Shown here piece after piece: positions 30,451 through 40,603 of a stretch of 64,000 bases of DNA (position 1 is the first letter of the stretch; the number at the start of each line of letters is the position of its first letter). The DNA comes from Gammaproteobacteria bacterium (lineage in GTDB: Bacteria; Pseudomonadota; Gammaproteobacteria; UBA4575): positions 96,001 to 160,000 of the forward strand of contig CBDCTA010000002.1 of NCBI GenBank assembly GCA_965221955.1, given 5' to 3'. The notes below the pieces were generated by a model, which was not told the DNA's origin, searched no databases, and worked only from the letters and a program-made list of their open reading frames with translations. Both the position numbers and the translations under genes were made by a program.

Positions 30451-30452
30451 TT

Positions 30453-31055
30453 ATGGCCATTGAAATATTAAAAGATCTACGTAAATTACGTGTGCTTGTA
30501 GTGCATCCTAATGATGAGCAAGGCAGTGATATATGTCAGCACATTGAACGAATTGGCTGCAAGGTGCGAATGGTATGGCCATGTCCAAAAGACATTAATC
30601 CCGATACCGATGTAGTTCTTTTGCAATCTTTACATGAGCATCCGTTTACTGAAAAACCATTATGGTTAACTGAAGAAAAAAACAGCCCTACCATAATTGC
30701 GATTGTTGACTATGAAAATCCAACCGTACTGCAAACCGTATATGAATTGGGAGCCCACGGAATTATCAATAAGCCTGTACGTCCATTTGGTTTATTAGCA
30801 AACTTAGTTATTGCAAGAACTCGTTGGCGTAAAGAGTTGGCGTTGAATTCCAGAGTGGAAAAACTTGAAACAAAATTAAGAAAGATACATGCAGTCGAAC
30901 ATGCGGTCGCAATACTTGAGCGAGCCAATGATATTAGTCATGAACAAGCCTATGAGTTTATTAGAAGTAGAGCGATGGAGCGCCGTCTAACTACTGAAGA
31001 TATTGCTCAAGAAATAGTTGCTGCGGATAAAATCTTAGAGGTCAATGTTAAATAA
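30453..31055 (+). CDS. amiR: ANTAR antitermination regulator AmiR
   Basis: Pseudo-receiver (RIGC, VDYENPT) plus ANTAR domain (AxxIL......EQAYEFIRSRAMERR). Confidence 0.9.
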   Translation: MAIEILKDLRKLRVLVVHPNDEQGSDICQHIERIGCKVRMVWPCPKDINPDTDVVLLQSLHEHPFTEKPLWLTEEKNSPTIIAIVDYENPTVLQTVYELGAHGIINKPVRPFGLLANLVIARTRWRKELALNSRVEKLETKLRKIHAVEHAVAILERANDISHEQAYEFIRSRAMERRLTTEDIAQEIVAADKILEVNVK

Positions 31056-31176
31056 TACCTGTAATTTCAGGTTGTTATAAGAGTGCAAATACTATACAGG
31101 AGAATGACTTCTTGACGTATTCAATAAATTAGTCTAAAAAGTTATGTAACACATAGCATTCTAGCTAGGTAGAGTT

Positions 31177-31259
31177 TAGCAGAACCAATAATGCTTCTGT
31201 TATAAATGAGAATGGGCAAAAAAGCCCTCACGGATTTATATGTCCGTGAGGGCTTTTTT
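31177..31259 (+). promoter_or_regulatory. ANTAR-type dual-hairpin leader with overlapping intrinsic terminator upstream of amiE
   Basis: P1 tagcagaa-c-C-aataat-G-c-ttctgtta (31177-31202). P2 gggc-aaaaaa-gccc (31214-31227) overlaps the 5' arm of terminator gccctcacgga/tccgtgagggc+T6 (31224-31259). Confidence 0.8.
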
Positions 31260-31394
31260 GTGCGTGTGACAAAAACAATTATTAGTAGTTGACCGAAAAC
31301 CAAACTAGTTTGAAGTTATATTTTTTGTTCATAAAAAAATGTCGTTTTATGTCTGATCTTAAAAAAAGATATGAAGTGACGAGGAGGATAAAAT

Positions 31395-32429
31395 ATGTAT
31401 CACGGTGATATATCAAGTAGTAAAGATGCAGTAGGCGTTGCAGTAGTAAATTACAAAATGCCTCGGATGCATACTAAAGCAGAAGTTCTCGATAATGCAC
31501 GCAATATTGCGGAAATGATCGAGGGTATGAAAGTTGGATTACCTGGAATGGATCTCGTCATATTTCCTGAGTACAGTACTCATGGAATTATGTATGACGA
31601 GACAGAGATGTATGAAACTGCATCCAGTTGTCCAGGTGAAGAAACTGAAATTTTTGCAGAGGCGTGCCGCAATGCAAAAGTATGGGGTGTGTTTTCACTC
31701 ACAGGAGAGCGTCATGAGGAACACCCAAATAAAGCTCCCTATAACACATTAATTTTGATGAATGATCAGGGTGAAATTGTACAAAAGTATCGAAAGATTA
31801 TGCCTTGGGTGCCTATTGAAGGTTGGTATCCTGGAAATTGCACTTACGTTTCAGAAGGGCCAAAAGGGTTAAAGATAAGTTTAATCATTTGTGATGATGG
31901 AAACTATCCAGAAATTTGGCGAGATTGCGCAATGAAAGGTGCTGAACTTATCGTACGTTGTCAAGGATATATGTATCCGTCAAAAGATCAGCAGATCATG
32001 GTTGCAAAAGCAATGGCTTGGATGAATAACTGCTATGTAGCGGTTGCAAACGCAACAGGTTTTGATGGCGTTTATTCATACTTTGGATACTCATCCATCA
32101 TTGGATTTGATGGACGAACATTGGGCGCCTGTGCAGAAGAGGATATGGGTGTTCAATATGCCAATCTTTCCACATCACTTATACGTGATGCGCGTAAGAA
32201 TCAACAATCCCAAAATCATTTGTTCAAACTTCTACATCGCGGTTACACTGGTCTCATTAATTCAGGTGATGGTGATAAAGGCGTTGCAGAATGTCCTTAT
32301 GACTTCTATAAGAAGTGGGTCACTGATCCTGATGCAGCACGTGAAATGGTCGAATCCATTACCAGAACCACGGTTGGAACAGATGAATGTGAAATCGAGG
32401 GAATTCCTAACCCTAAAACACATCGTTAA
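31395..32429 (+). CDS. amiE: Aliphatic amidase AmiE (nitrilase superfamily)
   Basis: [46 protein letters not shown] (Glu-Lys-Cys triad); GAGGAGG RBS. Confidence 0.95.
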   Translation: MYHGDISSSKDAVGVAVVNYKMPRMHTKAEVLDNARNIAEMIEGMKVGLPGMDLVIFPEYSTHGIMYDETEMYETASSCPGEETEIFAEACRNAKVWGVFSLTGERHEEHPNKAPYNTLILMNDQGEIVQKYRKIMPWVPIEGWYPGNCTYVSEGPKGLKISLIICDDGNYPEIWRDCAMKGAELIVRCQGYMYPSKDQQIMVAKAMAWMNNCYVAVANATGFDGVYSYFGYSSIIGFDGRTLGACAEEDMGVQYANLSTSLIRDARKNQQSQNHLFKLLHRGYTGLINSGDGDKGVAECPYDFYKKWVTDPDAAREMVESITRTTVGTDECEIEGIPNPKTHR

Positions 32430-32445
32430 TTCTGTTGTTGAAAAA

Positions 32446-32481
32446 AAGGCGAAGACATTTTTTTGTCTTCGCCTTACTTTT
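32446..32481 (+). terminator. Stem-loop/terminator after amiE
   Basis: aaggcgaagaca-tttttt-tgtcttcgcctt followed by an interrupted T-tract (actttt). Confidence 0.65.
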
Positions 32482-32533
32482 CTGTAGATTAAGGTTACAC
32501 TTTTATATTGCTAGCATTTAAATCTTTAAGAAA

Positions 32534-33331
32534 ATGAATCTTGATAGTTATTTAATTTCCCAAGAGCCTTATTACTCTCCAACTCATAACGAGATTCAAT
32601 TGTTTGAAGCAGCGTATGCGAACCGTATGCCGATGATGTTGAAAGGTCCCACTGGTTGTGGCAAAACTCGTTTTGTAGAATACATGGCTTGGATATTAAA
32701 AAAGCCATTGATCACCGTATCGTGTCATGAAGATATGACGGCGTCTGATCTTGTAGGCCGTTATCTTCTCGATGCGGAAGGAACGGTTTGGCATGATGGT
32801 CCTTTAACTTTGGCCGTGCGACATGGCGCAATTTGTTACTTAGATGAAATTGTTGAAGCCAGGCAAGATACCAGTGTGGTTATTCACTCATTAACAGATG
32901 ATCGACGAATACTTTCGTTAGAAAAGAAAAATGAAGTTGTAAAAGCTAATAAAGATTTCCAAATCGTCATTTCTTATAATCCAGGCTATCAAAGTGTATT
33001 AAAAGATTTAAAAGAATCGACTAAACAACGTTTTGGTGCTATTGATTTTGATTATCCAAAACCAGAAGATGAAGCTGAGATCATTGCACATGAGTCAGGT
33101 ATCGATAAAAAAATTGCTAAAAAGCTTGTGCAAATTTCAGAACGTTCTCGAAATTTAAAAGGACATGGTTTAGATGAGGGGGCGTCCACGCGTATGTTAA
33201 TTTATGCTGCTCAATTAATGACACAAGGTGTTTCTTTAGAAGAAGCTTGCGAAGTTGCATTAGTATTACCCATTACGGATGATCATGATATTCGCAATGC
33301 GCTAAGTTCGGCCATAGCGGCCTGTGCGTGA
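32534..33331 (+). CDS. CbbQ/NirQ/NorQ-type MoxR AAA+ ATPase
   Basis: [69 protein letters not shown]. Confidence 0.93.
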   Translation: MNLDSYLISQEPYYSPTHNEIQLFEAAYANRMPMMLKGPTGCGKTRFVEYMAWILKKPLITVSCHEDMTASDLVGRYLLDAEGTVWHDGPLTLAVRHGAICYLDEIVEARQDTSVVIHSLTDDRRILSLEKKNEVVKANKDFQIVISYNPGYQSVLKDLKESTKQRFGAIDFDYPKPEDEAEIIAHESGIDKKIAKKLVQISERSRNLKGHGLDEGASTRMLIYAAQLMTQGVSLEEACEVALVLPITDDHDIRNALSSAIAACA

Positions 33332-33336
33332 GGATT

Positions 33337-33495
33337 AGGACCTCTGATCTATTCGTGAACTCGTACCTACTGCCTAAAATATCCAGTTTCTGCGTTGCAA
33401 ACTTTCGCAATAGCTTGCTATTACGTGCGCTTCACGCCTTGAATCTGGACATTTTCGTTCACCACCTACTTCGCCCAGAATAAATCGGAGGTCCT
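33337..33495. mobile_element. 159-bp MITE-like element with 18-bp terminal inverted repeats
   Basis: Left aggacctctgatctattc (33337-33354); right gaataaatcggaggtcct (33478-33495), 16/18 complementary. Internal palindromes aaaatatccag...ctggacatttt and aatagc-tt-gctatt. No clear target duplication. Confidence 0.65.
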
Positions 33496-35807
33496 TGATT
33501 TTGGTTGCGTCCACGACGCGAGGTAAGTATGCGGTCTCACTGCAAAGTCAAGAGCCTGGTGATCCCGATGAAAGATTAGTTTATCTGATTGAGAAGGGGA
33601 AGAATCTTTTTCCTAACCAATACCAAGCTTTTTGGGAAAGTGCTTGTAACAAACTTGCACAGGCAGGATATGGAGCATTAATACCACTTTCTTACGCACG
33701 TCATTCACCTAAACTCGTCAAGCTAATTGATTCTGAGGCTGCAATAAATTTAGCTGCTTCAGTTTCTCTTGCTGCTATTAAAGTAAATCGTGCAACAGCA
33801 GAATTGCTGTCAAAAGCTGCCGTGGTTGCAGCGAGTGAGTTGAAATCTTCGCAAGCATTTACTTCATGGGTTAGTACGATAGAAGAATTGATTCATCATG
33901 CACCTGAGTCTTCGCTTGCAGTTTTAGAGCGTACACAAAAAATTGTTTCTACATTAACTCCCGATCAATTTAGGTCATGGGTGTTAGCGGGGTTGCGTTC
34001 AACAGGAGATGATGCTTTACGTCAAATTCAATATTTTTCGTTTACAGATCCAGAATCTGAAAAGTGGTTTCGACATGAAGCAGGTGATGTAGTTTTTACT
34101 GATCTTGACCGCCGTTTAAAACTTTATTTAATTTCTCTTTGGAATCTACGACCACCTATTCGTGACCTACCTGCGTCTACCTCTCCGCTATCATTAAGAC
34201 GAATATCAATTAGTAATGGAGTCGTGCAAGTTCCTGAAGTATTTCCAGGATTTCATGATGAACAAGCGGAGAATATTTTTCGTGCCGGACTCGCGCATGT
34301 CGGTGCACATTTAGTGTATTCAACAAAGAAATTTCCTTTAGGAGAGCTTAAACCAATACAAGTAGCATTGGTTTCTTTAATAGAAGACGCTCGAGTGGAA
34401 TATCTCGCTATGCAAGCTTTTCCTGGATTGCAAAAACTTTGGCAGCCGTTTCATATTGCAAAATCAAGTGGACCAAAATTAGTGCCGTTATTGTTGGCTA
34501 GACTCTCGCGGGCATTGATTGATGCAGAATATAGCGATAAAGATGGTTGGGTGCAAAAAGGTAAAGATATGTTTTTTGATGCAAAAAACGATATGACAGA
34601 TCCCGCAATGTGTCGAAGAATTGGAGTACTTTTAGGAAATGATTTAGGGCAATTACGTGCTCAATTTAATGCAAAAACTTATGTAGTAGAGCCAGCCTAT
34701 CGAGATGACAATATGGGTTTATGGGATTTTGGAGATCATCAAGGTAATGAAGAGGATAGCGATGGTATGTTTATTGAAGCCATGCGCATGGATCAACAAG
34801 AACAACAAGATGAGACATCAAATGATAATCAAGATCAACAACAAGATAATGAAGAAGATGAGCAACAATATCATGCAAGAGAAAGTTTAGATTCTGAGCA
34901 TCGGGAATCTGAAGTTGCTGTTCGTTATCCAGAATATGACTACTTAACAGGTTCCGAACGACCTAGTTGGACCTGTGTTGTGGAATATTTTGCTGATTTT
35001 GGGGATGCCTACAAAATAGATCGAATCTTAGAAAAACATAACAATCTGGTAAATAGAATTACAAATTTAATTCAAACTGCAAAAGTGAGCTTACCCGAAA
35101 GATTGCATCATCAAAGTGTAGGAGAATCATTAGATTTAGATGCTTGTATCAACGCAGTGATTAGTAGAAGGATGGGAGAAACCCCTGATCCTCGTATATA
35201 CAGTACCACTGAGCGTAAACACCGAGATCTGTCCGTATTGGTACTATTGGACATCTCAAATTCCACTAATGACAAAGTAAAAACAGCTGATACATCTGTT
35301 TTAGAACTTGAAATTCAAGCAACAAGTTTGTTGGCTTATGCAATGTCTGAGCTTGACGATCCTTTTGCAATTGCAGCTTTTTGTTCTGATGGTAAAGAAG
35401 ACGTTCATTACTACCGAGTTAAGAATTTTGATTCTCCTTACGATTCGTCTGCCCGTGCGTATTTAGCAGGATTACATGGCAAATTATCGACCAGAATGGG
35501 TGCAGCAATGAGGCATGCCACTAAAGACTTGATTGCACAACGCACACATAGACGATTATTGTTGGTGATTTCAGATGGTGAACCATCAGATATTGATGTA
35601 GAAGATCAACAATATTTAGTTGAGGATGCTCGTAAAGTAGTGCGTTCTATTTCGCGTTTAGGAATAGACACTTTTTGTGTTGGATTAGATGGAAGTGGAG
35701 ATAGTTATTTACACAAAATTTTTGGCAGAAAAAATGTAGTTATTATTGATAAACTAGACCGGTTGCCAGAAAAGTTACCCATGTTATATCTCCGCTTAAC
35801 AGCGTAA
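33495..35807 (+). CDS. CbbO/NorD-type von Willebrand factor A adaptor protein (start uncertain)
   Basis: IEDARVE, YRDDN, acidic linker, YPEYDY, MIDAS LLDISNST, STRMGAAMRH, ISDGEPSDID, C-terminal LPEKLPMLYLRLT. Confidence 0.9.
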   Translation: MILVASTTRGKYAVSLQSQEPGDPDERLVYLIEKGKNLFPNQYQAFWESACNKLAQAGYGALIPLSYARHSPKLVKLIDSEAAINLAASVSLAAIKVNRATAELLSKAAVVAASELKSSQAFTSWVSTIEELIHHAPESSLAVLERTQKIVSTLTPDQFRSWVLAGLRSTGDDALRQIQYFSFTDPESEKWFRHEAGDVVFTDLDRRLKLYLISLWNLRPPIRDLPASTSPLSLRRISISNGVVQVPEVFPGFHDEQAENIFRAGLAHVGAHLVYSTKKFPLGELKPIQVALVSLIEDARVEYLAMQAFPGLQKLWQPFHIAKSSGPKLVPLLLARLSRALIDAEYSDKDGWVQKGKDMFFDAKNDMTDPAMCRRIGVLLGNDLGQLRAQFNAKTYVVEPAYRDDNMGLWDFGDHQGNEEDSDGMFIEAMRMDQQEQQDETSNDNQDQQQDNEEDEQQYHARESLDSEHRESEVAVRYPEYDYLTGSERPSWTCVVEYFADFGDAYKIDRILEKHNNLVNRITNLIQTAKVSLPERLHHQSVGESLDLDACINAVISRRMGETPDPRIYSTTERKHRDLSVLVLLDISNSTNDKVKTADTSVLELEIQATSLLAYAMSELDDPFAIAAFCSDGKEDVHYYRVKNFDSPYDSSARAYLAGLHGKLSTRMGAAMRHATKDLIAQRTHRRLLLVISDGEPSDIDVEDQQYLVEDARKVVRSISRLGIDTFCVGLDGSGDSYLHKIFGRKNVVIIDKLDRLPEKLPMLYLRLTA

Positions 35808-35848
35808 AATAAGTAAAAAACTATAAGTTTTATATGGAGTGATAAAAA

Positions 35849-37786
35849 ATGTCAGACAATAAAATCTATCCAGTTCCAAGCTCCGTAGCCTCTACTGCCC
35901 ATATAGATAAAGATGCCTATGAATCTATGTATCAAGAGTCGATACAGGATCCAGAAGGATTTTGGGCCAAACAAGCTGATGAGTTTGTAAGCTGGTATAA
36001 AAAATGGGACAACGTTTTAGATTGGGATTATCACAAAGCACACATACGCTGGTTTGAAGGCGCGAGTTTAAATGTTTCTTATAATTGTATTGATCGACAT
36101 TTAGAAACACGTGCTGACCAGACTGCGATTATTTGGGAAGGTGATGACCCAAATGACGATAAACATATTACATATAAACAGCTTCACAAAGAAGTTTGCA
36201 AATTTGCAAACGTTTTAAAAAACCGCGGAGTTAAAAAAGGCGATCGAGTATGCATCTATATGCCGATGATACCCGAAGCTGCATATGCCATGTTGGCCTG
36301 TACCCGCATCGGTGCTGTACATTCCGTTGTGTTTGGTGGTTTTTCTCCTGATTCCTTACGTGATCGAATTTTAGATTCAGATTGTCGTACAGTCATTACG
36401 GCAGATGAAGGTGTTCGTGGTGGCAAAAAAGTACCTCTCAAAGCCAATACGGATAAAGCTTTAGAAGAGTGTCCAAACGTAAGTACTGTCTTGGTAATCA
36501 AACGTACAGGAGGAGATATCGATTGGCATGAGTCGCGTGACTATTGGTACTACGATGAAATGAATAGCGCGAGTGTTGATTGCGAACCTGAAAGAATGGA
36601 TGCCGAAGATCCAATGTTTATTCTCTATACCTCAGGTTCGACAGGCAAACCTAAGGGTGTATTGCACACAACCGGTGGATATCTTTTATATGCTGCGATA
36701 ACGCATAAATATGTGTTTGATTATCAAGATGGTGAGGTCTATTGGTGCACAGCAGATGTTGGTTGGGTAACAGGACATACTTATATATTGTATGGACCAT
36801 TGTGTAATGGTGCGATCACCATGATGTTTGAAGGCGTGCCTAACTATCCAGATGGTAGTCGTTTTTGGCAAGTATGTGATAAGCACAATGTTGCGAGTTT
36901 TTATACTGCTCCGACTGCAATCCGTGCATTAATGAGTTTAGGTAACGAAGCAGTTAAAAAAACCAGTCGTAAAAGTTTACGTTTATTAGGAACGGTAGGA
37001 GAGCCCATTAACCCAGAAGCATGGGAGTGGTATTACCATGTAGTTGGTGATTCACGTTGTCCAATAGTTGATACATGGTGGCAAACAGAAACAGGTGGAC
37101 ATTTAATTACACCATTGCCGGGTGCAACTGACTTGAAACCCGGCTCTGCAAGTAAACCGTTTTTTGGAATACAGCCTGCAATTGTTGACGAGAACGGAAA
37201 GGAATTAGAAGGAGAGTGTCAAGGAAACTTGGTCATGAAATACCCATGGCCAGGGCAAATGCGTTCTGTGTATGGCGATCATCAACGTTTTATTGATACC
37301 TATTTTTCGCAGTATCCTGGCATGTATTTTAGCGGTGATGGTTGTAAGAGAGACGCAGATGGTTACTACTGGATAACTGGACGAGTTGATGACGTGTTAA
37401 ATATTTCAGGTCATCGCTTAGGTACTGCAGAAGTAGAGAGTGCATTAGTGTTACACGAAAAAGTAGCTGAAGCGGCTGTAGTGGGATATCCACACGACAT
37501 CAAAGGTCAAGGAATTTATGCTTACGTAACACTTATGGCAGGCGTAGAAAGTTCAGATGATCTAAAAGAAGAACTCGTGCAATTAGTGCGTAAAGAAATT
37601 GGAGCATTTGCAAAACCAGATATTATTCAATGGGCACCAGGCTTGCCTAAAACCCGTTCTGGAAAAATTATGCGCAGAATTTTACGTAAAGTTGCAGAGA
37701 ATGAAATTGATAATTTGGGTGATACCTCAACGCTTGCAGATCCGTCTGTTGTAGACGATATTATTGCTAATCGCGCGAATGCGTAA
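35849..37786 (+). CDS. acs: Acetyl-CoA synthetase
   Basis: [43 protein letters not shown]. Confidence 0.96.
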   Translation: MSDNKIYPVPSSVASTAHIDKDAYESMYQESIQDPEGFWAKQADEFVSWYKKWDNVLDWDYHKAHIRWFEGASLNVSYNCIDRHLETRADQTAIIWEGDDPNDDKHITYKQLHKEVCKFANVLKNRGVKKGDRVCIYMPMIPEAAYAMLACTRIGAVHSVVFGGFSPDSLRDRILDSDCRTVITADEGVRGGKKVPLKANTDKALEECPNVSTVLVIKRTGGDIDWHESRDYWYYDEMNSASVDCEPERMDAEDPMFILYTSGSTGKPKGVLHTTGGYLLYAAITHKYVFDYQDGEVYWCTADVGWVTGHTYILYGPLCNGAITMMFEGVPNYPDGSRFWQVCDKHNVASFYTAPTAIRALMSLGNEAVKKTSRKSLRLLGTVGEPINPEAWEWYYHVVGDSRCPIVDTWWQTETGGHLITPLPGATDLKPGSASKPFFGIQPAIVDENGKELEGECQGNLVMKYPWPGQMRSVYGDHQRFIDTYFSQYPGMYFSGDGCKRDADGYYWITGRVDDVLNISGHRLGTAEVESALVLHEKVAEAAVVGYPHDIKGQGIYAYVTLMAGVESSDDLKEELVQLVRKEIGAFAKPDIIQWAPGLPKTRSGKIMRRILRKVAENEIDNLGDTSTLADPSVVDDIIANRANA

Positions 37787-37936
37787 ACGTATAGTAATCA
37801 TTAGCTTACGGTAGGCAAGTATTCATACATTTTCCGTTTGTCACTATTTATTGACCGCTTAGCTTTAACTGTAAAAATCAAATAGCCATTTTTGCTATCA
37901 ATACATGGTCCATTGGAGTTGGAGTATTCAAGGGTC

Positions 37937-38530
37937 ATGCAGATAATAGACTCGATTTTATCTATTGAAAATCTAAAGCTAGGATTAGCAGGAATTGTAT
38001 TCTTGTTTATTATGCTATGGAGCATAAAAATTTGGCGAAAATTTCAAGCCAAAATGCAACGTGTACGTAAAAATAGAGAAGAGCTAAAGCGAATTCAAAA
38101 ATTACGTGAGCAATATAAACAAGACATCACAACTTTTCTCAACTCATATCGTAATGATATTTCAACTAAGTTAGAAAAAAGCCAAGCTGAAAAAGGTTTG
38201 TTTATATTTTGGAGTGGTGCAGAAGAAATCTTTAATAAGTTTCAAAGCGATACTTCAGAAATTAATAAATTGCCTAGCCAAGAAGAGCGTATTGCAATAC
38301 GAAGTTTTTATACTGAAGCAAAAGCGTTTTTAGATGGTATTCTGTATAACAATTATTTGTTGAAAAAGTATCAATATTTGCATTGTAAAGTAAAAACTAC
38401 CACTGCAACTTCTAGAGAAGTTAAAGAAAAAGATGATATTACTGAACAAATGTCTACACTAGGGACACAGTTACAGCAACAACATCATGAATTGTTAGAT
38501 AGTTTACAGTCTGCCAAAGTTTATTTCTAA
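37937..38530 (+). CDS. Hypothetical single-pass membrane protein with helical/coiled-coil soluble domain
   Basis: ATG 37937 is in frame with ORF 37892; one hydrophobic helix (LGLAGIVFLFIMLWSI) followed by a basic coiled coil. Confidence 0.6.
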   Translation: MQIIDSILSIENLKLGLAGIVFLFIMLWSIKIWRKFQAKMQRVRKNREELKRIQKLREQYKQDITTFLNSYRNDISTKLEKSQAEKGLFIFWSGAEEIFNKFQSDTSEINKLPSQEERIAIRSFYTEAKAFLDGILYNNYLLKKYQYLHCKVKTTTATSREVKEKDDITEQMSTLGTQLQQQHHELLDSLQSAKVYF

Positions 38531-38538
38531 ATTGAGTT

Positions 38539-40011
38539 TTATTTGAAATCATCACGCCTTTTGCGTGCTTCTCGCAACTGTGTTTTTTTAGCTTTTACTC
38601 TAGCTTTAGAGTTTGTATCAATTCCCGGTGAGCGCAAAGCCAATTGGATTTGCTCCATAGCCGTTCCATATTGTCCATGTGCAGCATAATAATCGCTGAG
38701 TGATTCATGACTTCGCCATGGTTGCTGCGCTTTATTTGCAGCTTTAGCTTTTAATTTGTCAAATGCTGGATTATTAGGTTGACGGTTATCAAGCTGCTCG
38801 AGTTTTTGTAGAGCTAGCCGTGCATCACCACTTTCAATTAATGATGCGGCTAAGTAATAAATGACAGAAGGGTTGCTTGGGTAAATTTGTTCTAAACTTT
38901 TTAATATCTTTTCGGCTTTTGTGTATTGACCATCGACAGTTAGTATCTGTGCCTTGGCAAGTTTAATGGTGAGTTCGTTATCAGCATTCAAAGTAATAAG
39001 TTTAAGTTGTTGTAGAGCCTGTTGATTTCTGCCTGTACGGCTCAGTGCAAGGGCATAAGTATAAATCTCAGTATCGATTAAATCCTCTGTTCTAGTTTTC
39101 TTGCGAAAGAAATCTACTAATTGGCTTGCTTTAGTAGTGAAGGTAATCGCACGAGCTTTCGCATATTCAAAATGTATTGTGTTTGAAGTAAATGACCCTC
39201 GATATTGATTGGCGCGTGTCTTGGATTCACTGATACGACTAGTGGTGAGTGGGTGAGAGCTTAAAAATTCAGGAATTTGGCCACGATTAAGTTGAGTGTG
39301 TTTATTTAAACGCTCAAAGAATAAGGGCATTCCTTGAGGGTCTATATTTGCGCTGACTAAAAATTGCATACCGACACGATCTGCTTCTTGTTCGAAGCTT
39401 CTTGAATATGCCAGTTGTCTTTCTTGTAATCCTGATTGTGTGGTGATAATTGCAGCTTGGCCGAGCTCACCGCCTCCATATGCAGCTGCTAGAATAGACC
39501 CTAATAAAGTAAGTGCAGAAATTACACTAAACGATTTTGCATTAGCAAAGTTACGAGCGATGTGGCGTTGAGTTACGTGTGCAATCTCATGAGCAAATAC
39601 GCTAGCAACTTCACTTTCTTGATGGGCGAGTGTTAAAAGGCCTGTGTTAATCGCCACGATACCGCCGGGGAGTGCAAAAGCATTCACATTCGGGTTTTGT
39701 ACTAATATAAAAGTAAAAGGGAAATTTGAATTCACACCAGCAGAAGTGATTCGTGTGCCGAGTGAATGGATATATTGGCTCAACTCGGGGTCATTAGAGA
39801 CAGGTAGATGCCCGCGTACTTCAGCAATTAAGATTCGCCCTAGTTCTATTTCTTTGGAGATGCTTAAATCAGCATTGGCAGCTCCACCGATATCGGGAAG
39901 ATTATTTTCAGCCAGCGATATATGCGAGGCAATTATCAACAGCAATCCCAATGCAGAATAGAGCAAAGCTTTTAGGCTTGCTCTAAAAGACCAAGGATTA
40001 TTTTTGTGCAT
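38539..40011 (-). CDS. bepA: M48-family metalloprotease/chaperone with TPRs (BepA/YfgC)
   Basis: LPDIG, NAFALPGG, AHEIAHVTQRH, SRSFEQEADRVG, PEFLSSHP, TPR C-terminus. Confidence 0.9.
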   Translation of the reverse strand: MHKNNPWSFRASLKALLYSALGLLLIIASHISLAENNLPDIGGAANADLSISKEIELGRILIAEVRGHLPVSNDPELSQYIHSLGTRITSAGVNSNFPFTFILVQNPNVNAFALPGGIVAINTGLLTLAHQESEVASVFAHEIAHVTQRHIARNFANAKSFSVISALTLLGSILAAAYGGGELGQAAIITTQSGLQERQLAYSRSFEQEADRVGMQFLVSANIDPQGMPLFFERLNKHTQLNRGQIPEFLSSHPLTTSRISESKTRANQYRGSFTSNTIHFEYAKARAITFTTKASQLVDFFRKKTRTEDLIDTEIYTYALALSRTGRNQQALQQLKLITLNADNELTIKLAKAQILTVDGQYTKAEKILKSLEQIYPSNPSVIYYLAASLIESGDARLALQKLEQLDNRQPNNPAFDKLKAKAANKAQQPWRSHESLSDYYAAHGQYGTAMEQIQLALRSPGIDTNSKARVKAKKTQLREARKRRDDFK

Positions 40012-40225
40012 ATGGTTAAGACAGACGTAGGGCCAAATCGTTTACAATATTGTAGCGGTTCAATGCATTAAAAACTGGCTAAATATATACCATATAAAAA
40101 TAAGGGTTGTTTTGTTTGAAAACTGCCATATATTAAAATATTATGATATTGTAATACGGTATTATAGCTTTGGTGCAAGCCGTCTATAAGCTAATATTGT
40201 GGAAGAATTTTAAGGAGTTTTTTAA

Positions 40226-40456
40226 ATGTCTGAGTTTGATCAAGAATTAGATGCATGTGGGTTGAATTGTCCACTTCCTATTTTAAGAGCTAAGAAAGCA
40301 TTATCTGGTATGGACACAGGTAAAATATTACACATTATTGCTACAGATCCTGGCTCAGTCAAAGACTTTGAAGCATTTTCAAAGCAGACTGGAAATGAGC
40401 TTCTTGATTCGAATGAAGATGATGGAAAGTTTTATTTTCGTATTAAGAAGAAGTAA
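40226..40456 (+). CDS. tusA: TusA/SirA-family sulfur carrier
   Basis: LDACGLNCPLP, TDPGSVKDF. Confidence 0.88.
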   Translation: MSEFDQELDACGLNCPLPILRAKKALSGMDTGKILHIIATDPGSVKDFEAFSKQTGNELLDSNEDDGKFYFRIKKK

Positions 40457-40533
40457 TAAAATAATTATAAAGTATTAGTGACATTCTACGTCACGACTTA
40501 ATCAGTCTTAATTACTCGCTTCGTTGGTTTGTT

Positions 40534-40569
40534 AAAAATGTTCTAACCATTTGGTTAGAACATTTTTTT
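40534..40569 (+). terminator. Intrinsic terminator between tusA and ilvN
   Basis: aaaaatgttctaacca-tt-tggttagaacattttttt. Confidence 0.7.
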
Positions 40570-40603
40570 CTGTATTGTATTAAACGTAAATAGTAATTAC
40601 TTA

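Noticed and set aside
31395-32429. Formamidase AmiF
   Set aside because: The active-site context [10 protein letters not shown] and the N-terminus match AmiE rather than AmiF (ICHDG).
33328-33483. 51-codon open frame (GTG) running through the MITE-like element
   Set aside because: It is not in frame with the vWA gene and has no recognisable motif; likely incidental.
34740-34880. caa/gat/gaa-rich low-complexity repeat
   Set aside because: It encodes the acidic Q/D/E linker typical of CbbO/NorD proteins and is not an independent repeat.
32534-35807. Evidence of Calvin cycle or denitrification (cbbQO/norQD)
   Set aside because: No Rubisco or norCB genes are in the window, so gene symbols were withheld.
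40478-40501. Tiny GTG-initiated ORF (VTFYVTT) as an ilv attenuator leader
   Set aside because: No RBS and no convincing Ile/Val/Leu run; the nearby hairpin is adequately explained as the tusA terminator.
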